Origin: Chrysomallon squamiferum
Taxonomy: Eukaryota; Animalia; Mollusca
DNA length: 64,000 nucleotides
Direction: 5' to 3'
Assembly (NCBI GenBank): GCA_012295275.1
Contig: CM022678.1
Span: forward strand, 12,276,001-12,340,000
The notes beneath the pieces are model-generated. The model was not told the origin of the DNA, searched no databases, and was given only the letters and a program-made list of their open reading frames with translations. Both the position numbers and the translations under genes were made by a program. Numbering within the stretch: the stretch's first letter is position 1; each line of letters begins with the position of its first letter. Below, piece by piece: positions 56,016 to 64,000 of this stretch.

Positions 56016-56545
56016 TCACCTTAATTGATGTACTTTTGTTAAACTGTATTTTGTCCACAATTTGTATGACAACCAGTCACACTCTACACAAGAAATGTTC
56101 CAGAAAGCACTCCATCGCAAGCTGACAATTAGGAAGCTGTGTCCCGGGTACACATGGCGTACTCCAATCCCAGCTGGAAGAGCTTGTGCTTGTCTTCTTC
56201 GGTGCAGCGAGACTTCCTTGATTTTGGGACCTTTTTCGCTCTCTGTCAAACTGGATTTGATGCCCTCAAACATACTCAGCTTGGAAGCAGTGTCCTGTGG
56301 TGTTGCGTCTCCATACCTGGTCAACAACTTCTTCCTCTCCTCGTCATATGTTTGGGATACTGGTCAGCTCCTCCATCCGGTGTAGGAGTCAAGGTGGCAA
56401 GGCACCTTGAATACAAACATCCCCATGGTACATTACCATTCTTGTTATTAATCCACCGTGCATACCTATATCCATCAAGTATGAGGTCTGCACCTGGTTT
56501 TCTGCCGTCCAAAATTTCGCCATGATCAAACATAACAAACATATG
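56016..56545 (-). mobile_element. MULE-like remnant with a FLYWCH-type zinc-finger fragment
   Basis: LILDGYRYARWINNKNGNVPWGCLYSRCLATL, followed in another frame by ASKLSMFEGIKSSL; intronless and more GC-rich than its flanks. Confidence 0.55.
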
Positions 56546-57505
56546 ACTGTACAGTATCTAAATAGGTAGTATTTCCTCTCTCCAAATTTTACTGAGATAC
56601 AACATTAATTTCATGTCTCCAAACATTAATTTTCTTGCAACCTCTATTCAGGCTCACCTCTGCTCTTCACTGCTCATTAAAGTTAATCTCGTTAATCGCC
56701 ACCCTCTGTTCTTCATGCCTCTAAATTGGCCTTAATTGCTCACACCAATTTTCCCATTTCTGGAAGTGGATTATAACACTTCACCGATTACATAATCTGG
56801 AGACTGCCAGTTTTGGGAACATACCCATGGGCAAAATAAACACTTTTTTTTTTATCAAACTCTGCCACACTTTTAACCCATGGCAGCATAAGTGGCATAC
56901 ACTTTTAATAAGGTAATCATAAACAAAAATAACATGTTAAAAATTACACAGCCAACTTGCAGTTTTAATTTAAACTGCAAGGAAACTGGTTTAATAGGTT
57001 TTTTGTTTGTCTTGAGTGTCAGCAGAATTTTTTTTAATGACAAACATGAATATTCTTCTTATGTTATTCATTAATTGAACACTTTGTATCTGAGAACAAG
57101 TACTACAGAAACAGTTATCTATCACTATTCAGTGTGTGAACAGCTGCAAAAATGGAACGTTTTGCTGTTGTAATTAGAGGTTGACAATAAACAGTTCTTT
57201 TGAACTTGTATTCAAGTTAAATGACAGAACCTCACCTCTCCTATTGTGTCTAGAGGCAGAAGTCACTTTTGAGTTCTCCCTATTTTTCTTGCCTAGCAAC
57301 AACCCTGATATACAAATCAAATCAGTACATAATTATACCAGTATTGCTTTTCTTTCAAATAAGCTGGTGTTGGTTAAGCTTTTCACAAAATTGTAATGCA
57401 ACTATTGACCAGTCTTTCTACTTTTCTGCACTTTGTATGATCAACATCAGACATTCACCTTCTTAAAACTGAATTAATCTTGCATGTCAGCAGTAACATC
57501 CACTT

Positions 57506-60284
57506 TCAATCAGCATCTTCGCTATCCACTGATTTCATCAAGTCATTTGCAATAACAACATTTGCTAGATCTTCCTCACTTGCCTTTAAACATTCTCCTA
57601 TTAATTCAGTGAGTAATTGTTTAATATTCACCTAATAGACTATTAAAATAAGTTTTAAAAGATGGAAAACATGGATATAAATATGAGATTCCTCCATCAT
57701 ATTAGAAAGATCAAATCTAAATTATTCTGATATTTGTCAGTAAAACTAATCTCTGCCAATGGTCAGAAATAAACAAACAAGTAGTCAGCAAAATCAAGGT
57801 ACACATTTAGAGAGATACAGACATATCATGTCATATTCCTACTGATAAATGTACATACTGCAATATAGGAAGAAATTCCAAAATTTTCTTTAATAGAAAT
57901 AATGTATATATGTATTTTTAAAAAGTCGAGATCAATCTAAAATATCACTTTAAACACACATTCCAGATTCGTGATTTGACTCATTCAATCAAATAACCAA
58001 ATATGTTTAGAAACTGAAATTAAAGAAATCAAATGATACATAATCATAATTTGTAACAGTACTGGATTTATGTATGATGTAACAAATATATTTGAACAGT
58101 AATTTGCCAACCACTTTCAGTGAGAACTTAATTAGGCTTAGGTATTCATGTGATAATGCTAAGACAACTTGCATTTTAAAAAAAATAAGAACTGAAATTC
58201 TATATTAAGGAATATTCATATTAAAAACATTTTTATTTCACAAAAACAAATCACTGTTTAATGCTAGACTGATGAAACAAAAGGAACTTGTGAACTCAGG
58301 TTTTTACTCACATGTAGCATGACTCCTATGTTTTTTTTTTATTAATATAAACACACACAGAGAATGTGACTCATATTCACAACTCATGATGACACAGCAA
58401 TATAGTGTAAATCAGTTTCAATTTATAAATCAGTTATGTGACTTCAGAACATTAATTTACTCACTTACAAGTTCAGCAATGGCTCTTTGCATGTTTCTTT
58501 CAAGTTTTTCCAGTTTTGGAGCTATATCTCTCTTGACGTCCCAGTCTGGTTTGCATGGTGCAAGATTTAACAGATTCTAGATTAGAAAATATGTAAACAG
58601 GAAACTAATACTGACATTTTTAACAGACAAGTAGGTGTTTCAGTTAATTTCAGTAATGTTATCTATGGATAAAATTAAATTATTTTTAATTTTTATTTAA
58701 TGTACTTAATTTTCCTAACATAAAAAGCTTAATGGGTTGTTTCATTGTGATAGGTGCACCTGTCTTTTTATGTGGTTTTTGTTGTTTTTTCTCATTACTT
58801 CATTATTAGCAAAGGTTCAGTGCAAACAAAGCAAATAATTGAAATGGTGTTAAAGAATGTTCTCCAGAGATTTTGTTTAAATATTACCAGTGACTGCTCA
58901 AAGCTTTAATAAAATGATTAAAATGTTACAAGCAAATTTGTCAGTTTAACATTAGAAAAACCTCAGATTTTTATAGATTTTGTTTGTAATCTTACCACTT
59001 CCTCAAGTATATGTTTTGTTTTGCCAGCTTCAGGTTGTTCTTTAACTTTCTCTGAAACAGAAATTTTAATCAAAATAAGGTATGCATGTATAAATTCATA
59101 TCCACTATTGCATAACTGACTGTGTATTAATTACCAGTAATTAATACTATTATTTAAACCAAGTTCATTGTTATATTACACTACAAGTGCCCTCTATTTG
59201 AAATGCGAAAGCCTGAGAATGTCTTGTATCTAATAATATAATTGGATACACTGCAACCTGAAAAAAAGATCATGTACAGGCAAGCATACACATGCTAAGT
59301 ATCACATTCACTTGTCAGCTCAAAACAACAAAAAGGAAAATGTTTCTGATTTTAAATAAAAGAAATACATCTGTATCTAGTTGATACCATAATTACTAGA
59401 TGCATACTATATTGTTAACTTTCATTTTATGCGTACTCATTTAATAATATGTACCTGACAGTTACCATAGAGCTGGATATAGTTGTTTTGCTAATAATAA
59501 TTGCACCTGAAATTTTTATAATGTAACATCTGAGATTTTCACCTCCTCTTGAACAGAATCTTCCTTCAGAGTGTCATCCAGTGGCACTTAACTTAAAAAA
59601 AAACGGCCTTTAAACAAATATTACAATATAACAGAAAATATAACAAAGCCATGAAATTAGTTCAAAATTATTAAGTAGTTTTCCTTTGAATGCAATTTCA
59701 AGGCATTACAAGTGCTATTCACACAATTTTAATATTATTCTCTTTGTTTTAAAAAGCTTCAAATTAAAGCTCATCCAAGTGTTGTAGACATTTTAGAATG
59801 ATAATAATGATTATAATGATAATAATAATAATAATAATAATTATTGTTATTATTATTATTTCTAGTAATACCAGTAATACACCATTTTTAGTATTTATAT
59901 TAGTAATATTTTAACAAAATTGAAAACATTTTTTTTTTGATCCTGAGCAAGCACTGGGAACATATGGGCCAGCCTGAGATTTGATTCATGTAGTAATCTG
60001 AAAATTCAGAAAAATCTTTACAGCAGAAAATGTGTTGTAACAGCAAAATCAGTGGAGCATTAATGTTGACGTTATAAACTATAAAGAGTTTTGACTCAAA
60101 TTTACAATTTAAGTCTAATCGTGTCACACACCCTGAAACCATGGCAATTTGTCCTTTTCCTCATCAGCTTCCATTGTATATAGCTTTATGTTGTCATCAT
60201 TTGTGTCTCTGTGTTATTCCTAAGTGTTTGTAATCTTTCTTTTCGTTTTAAGGCTTCTTCTTCCAGTTTTATAAGGGTAGACAT
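57506..60284 (-). pseudogene. CCDC12: CCDC12 (Cwf18 spliceosomal factor) intron-containing pseudogene
   Basis: Five exon remnants: 60284-~60140 MSTLIKLEEEALKRKERLQTLR (then frameshift), ~59605-59528 S*VPLDDTLKE, 59051-58996 EKVKEQPEAG..EEV, 58576-58465 NLLNLAPCKPDWDVKRDIAPKLEKLERNMQRAIAELV, 57597-57506 RECLKASEEDLA...DSEDAD*. Confidence 0.88.
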
Positions 60285-60744
60285 TGCATATATTTGCAGA
60301 GTTTACACAGCTAAAAGTCACTGTATAGAATGTTTCTTCCAGGAAATGTAAAAGTTTCAATGCATAAAAAAATCCCAGACACCTTTGTTTTATAGCATTC
60401 ACAGCACTTTAAAACCTTTTTAAACATTATAATAATTTTTTATTTGAAAGTTTAGAAACATCTTATACCATGTTTTTCAAAATCTTTAAATAAGGATTTT
60501 GTTGAGGCTTTTCTAAAATTATCTTTTTCAAATGAATAAATAGTTTTGATGTTGATTTATGTTTTCTTGTTCAAATAAATATTTCAAATTATTTTGTTTT
60601 CTGTTTTTCATTACATATTTTTAGCTAGCATTTTCATCAGACTTGAGAGACTGTTGAGTAAGGAATATTTTTATTTATATAGTTTTGAAATAATAGTAGA
60701 AGTAATAGATGTAATTGTGGAAGTAGTGATACTTGAAGTAGTGA

Positions 60745-60965
60745 AATCTAGTTTTGTCAACAGACAACTGTTTCAATCTAGTTTTTCATCAGACAACTGT
60801 TTCAGTCTAGTTTTGTCATCAGAGAACTGTTTCAGTCTAATTTTGTCATCAAACGTTTGTTTCAATCTGTTTTTTCATCAGACAACTGTTTCAGTCTAGT
60901 TTTGTCATCAGACAACTGTTTCAGTCTAGTTTTGTCATCTGACAGCTGTTTCAATCTAATTTTAA
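60745..60965 (-). repeat. 30-bp tandem repeat (TCTAGTTTTGTCATCAGACAACTGTTTCAG), ~7 copies
   Basis: Visible; the minus strand reads LKQLSDDKTR units. Confidence 0.9.
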
Positions 60966-61029
60966 CTTTGATCTGACCACAGTTTTATTACAGTTTTCTC
61001 TTCAAACAACTATTTCAATTTCTGGTTAA

Positions 61030-61092
61030 TAGCTACATTTATATTAAGATCAGCTCCTTTATCAAGAAGACTCTGAACAACATCAGCATGTT
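61030..61092 (-). pseudogene. Ankyrin-repeat remnant
   Basis: HADVVQSLLDKGADLNI fits the ankyrin consensus HxxVVxxLLxxGADVN; it is flanked by stops. Confidence 0.6.
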
Positions 61093-62502
61093 ACTTGATT
61101 CAAGTCTTACTTGTCTATAGAACCAAACCAATGATAGTTTAATGGCTTTTTCCATGATTTCACTGTTGTGTTTCTGTGTTTATCATGTCAGCCAAGAGAC
61201 AGGCAATGTTCATGTTAGCTGAACAAATAGAAAGAATTAACAAGTGTGAACACAGAGTCTCTTGTATCTATGTTTTATACTGTAACAGTTCTTAAAATAT
61301 TGTAGAAATGTCTGTTTTTAAACAAGCAGGTTTACAGAATGTATCAAATCATGGAATAACACATGCTTAGCAACATTCTCACATCTTCATCATTAAACAA
61401 ACAAGAAATATCCAAAAGTTTTTTTTTTTTCTTGTTTGTTAAATTAATTTTACACAGATTTGATGTGACAAATCTTGACTATGTTCTTAGTCCATTCACA
61501 GTAGGCTCACTTGCAACAGATGATGAATTTATAACATTTTGATCAACTTTCAAATACAGTGTGTAACTAGAGAGAAATTTCGAATCATTGTGAAGAAGAC
61601 ATGAAATATTGCTGAATATTTCATTAGCACTAGCAGTGCTTAACATTTGTTTCAGGTGTATTTTATATTGTCATTTTCCTGTCTTCGGAGTTTTTAGTGT
61701 GTTCATCATATTTATTTGTATTCAGTTAAATTCTTAAAGTATTTCATAATATATTAACTTATTTAATAACATAAGAAGTTCTTAATTTTTTTATTTTTAG
61801 AATAAGTCAGTATAAACGTGTAATACTTTACATCATTGTTGTATCTCTTAAATAAATATTGTACAATTATTCTTCTGTATTGTGTCTGCTTGTGTAAACA
61901 TATTTTGAGAATTTGTAGAATGCAGCATTCAATAATCTGCTACATTCTTCATTCCAAATCTTGATTACTTCATCATTTAATGTTAATCTACAGACACAGT
62001 TCATCTGTGTTTGAATCTGTCATCTTGACAAACCACCAGCATAGTAGTGACATGTAAATAGTACAACATTCAACAATATCATACTTGTACTAGGACTTTT
62101 TTATTTACTATTTGTTTTTTAAAGATTGTATTTGCACACTATATACACATGTATTAGAAAGAAAAAAGAAAACAATTGTTTTAAAGTCATTTCATGCAGT
62201 TAAACATTATTCTTCAGTAATTAAAATAACTAATGATTATGCTTGAACATATATTCTTTCATTTAATGTAAATGTATTTTCAAAGTAATACTAATAGTCA
62301 TTATTCTGTTGTGTTTTAAATAGTTTAATAGTTGTTTCCTCAGTGAGCATTATTCCACAGTAAATATAATAATCTTTAAATTATACATACAGCTCCACTG
62401 TCAAGACAAAAACATGAACCTAACCTGAGACTGGCTTTGACAACTAAAGTTTTAATCAGTCTTGTACTGTACATTGTACACTTATAATATTAAATTAAAT
62501 AC

Positions 62503-62553
<51 letters not shown>

Positions 62554-62679
62554 GATTTATTTCATTTATTTTTCAAAAAAGAAGTTTAGTCAACACAAGC
62601 CATAAACATTTCAAGAGGTAACTTCATTGTAAATATATATAATTATTATTAAATCTTGATAAAGTCTTTTTGCAGTTTA

Positions 62680-62717
<38 letters not shown>

Positions 62718-62929
62718 GCATTAGCATTATTATTAGTAGTATTAGTATTAGTAGTAGTAGTAGTAGTAGGCTTGGTAGGATCATCATCATCATCATCAAT
62801 ATTATTATTATTAATTATTATTATTTGTTACTGTATTTTTCTTTTATTGGCACTGTTGTTGGTGTTACAGCATTTTAATTTTGTTATTATATAGCTGTAA
62901 TACATTCTTCTCTGTACTGTAAGCTACAG

Positions 62930-64000
62930 TTCAGAGAATACAGTCACTGTCATTGTTATATTAATTAGGTATGTTTAAGTGAACAGTCAGTTAACAGAAT
63001 AATGTCACTGTCATTGTTATATTAATTAGATATGTTTAAGTGAAGTCAGCTAACAGAATAAAGTCATTGTCATTGTTACTGTTAATTAGATATGTTTAAG
63101 TGAACAGTCAGTTAACAGAATAAAGTCACTGTCATTGTTACTGTTAATTAGGTGTGTTTAAGTGAACAGTCAGCTAACAGAATAAAATCACTGTCATTGT
63201 GATATTAATTAGATATGTTTAAGTGAACAGTCAGCTAACAGAATACAGTCACTGTCATTGTTATATTAATTAGATATGTTTAAGTGAACAGTCAGTTAAC
63301 AGAATAATGTCACTGTCATTGTTATATTAATTAGATATGTTTAAGTGAAGTCAGCTAACAGAATAAAGTCATTGTCATTGTTATATTAATTAGATATGTT
63401 TAAGTGAACAGTCAGTTAACAGAATAAAGTCATTGTCATTGTTATATTAATTAGATATGTTTAAGTGAACAGTCAGTTAACAGAATAATGTCACTGTCAT
63501 TGTTATATTAATTAGATATGTTTAAGTGAAGTCAGCTAACAGAATAACGTCATTGTCATTGTTACTGTTAATTAGGTGTGTTTAAGTGAACAGTCAGCTA
63601 ACAGAATAAAATCACTGTCATTGTTATATTAATTAGATATGTTTAAGTGAACAGTCAGCTAACAGAATAAAGTCATTGTCATTGTTATATTAATTAGATA
63701 TGTTTAAGTGAACAGTCAGCTAACAGAATAAAGTCACTGTCATTGTTATATTAATTAGATATGTTTAAGTGAACAGTCAGCTAACAGAATAAAGTCATTG
63801 TCATAGTTATATTAATTAGATATGTTTAAGTGAACAGTCAGCTAACAGAATAAAGTCACTGTCATTGTTATATTAATTAGATATGTTTAAGTGAACAGTC
63901 AGTTAACAGAATAAAGTCATTGTCATTGTTATATTAATTAGATATGTTTAAGTGAACAGTCAGCTAACAGAATAAAGTCATTGTCATTGTTATATTAATT
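62930..64000. repeat. 61-bp satellite array (GTCACTGTCATTGTTATATTAATTAGATATGTTTAAGTGAACAGTCAGCTAACAGAATAAA), >=17 copies, runs off the window end
   Basis: Directly visible; interspersed 59-bp variants. Confidence 0.96.

Noticed and set aside
62930-64000. Regular repeats (also 357-965 and 20437-24218) that might suggest a CRISPR array
   Set aside because: Head-to-tail units with no unique spacers, no cas genes, and a eukaryotic context.

Overview
AT-rich, microsatellite-laden animal genomic DNA with spliceosomal introns. A lophotrochozoan, probably a mollusc, is inferred from gene style but not proven. Three genes look intact: the last 8 coding exons of WDR48/UAF1 (+, to 5306), a complete 5-exon clavesin-like CRAL-TRIO gene (-, 10778-13647), and a complete 5-exon secreted Cys-rich protein with an FPI-1-like N-terminus and two thyroglobulin type-1 domains (+, 53144-55668). 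Between and beyond them lies a rearranged, decayed region. It holds a ~3.8 kb foldback of inverted minisatellite arrays and two copies of a duplicated SLC16/MCT-like plus SIAE-like pseudogene cassette. It also holds remnants of hAT, pogo-like, Tc1, MULE and DUF6589-like transposons, a signal peptide-ShKT-EGF gene with a heat-shock element upstream, a CCDC12 pseudogene, an ankyrin remnant and a terminal 61-bp satellite. No rRNA, tRNA or CRISPR was seen. All family assignments come from motif recognition by eye, without database searches. I found no clearly new multi-gene system; the best leads are the foldback, the ShKT gene and the multi-domain inhibitor.
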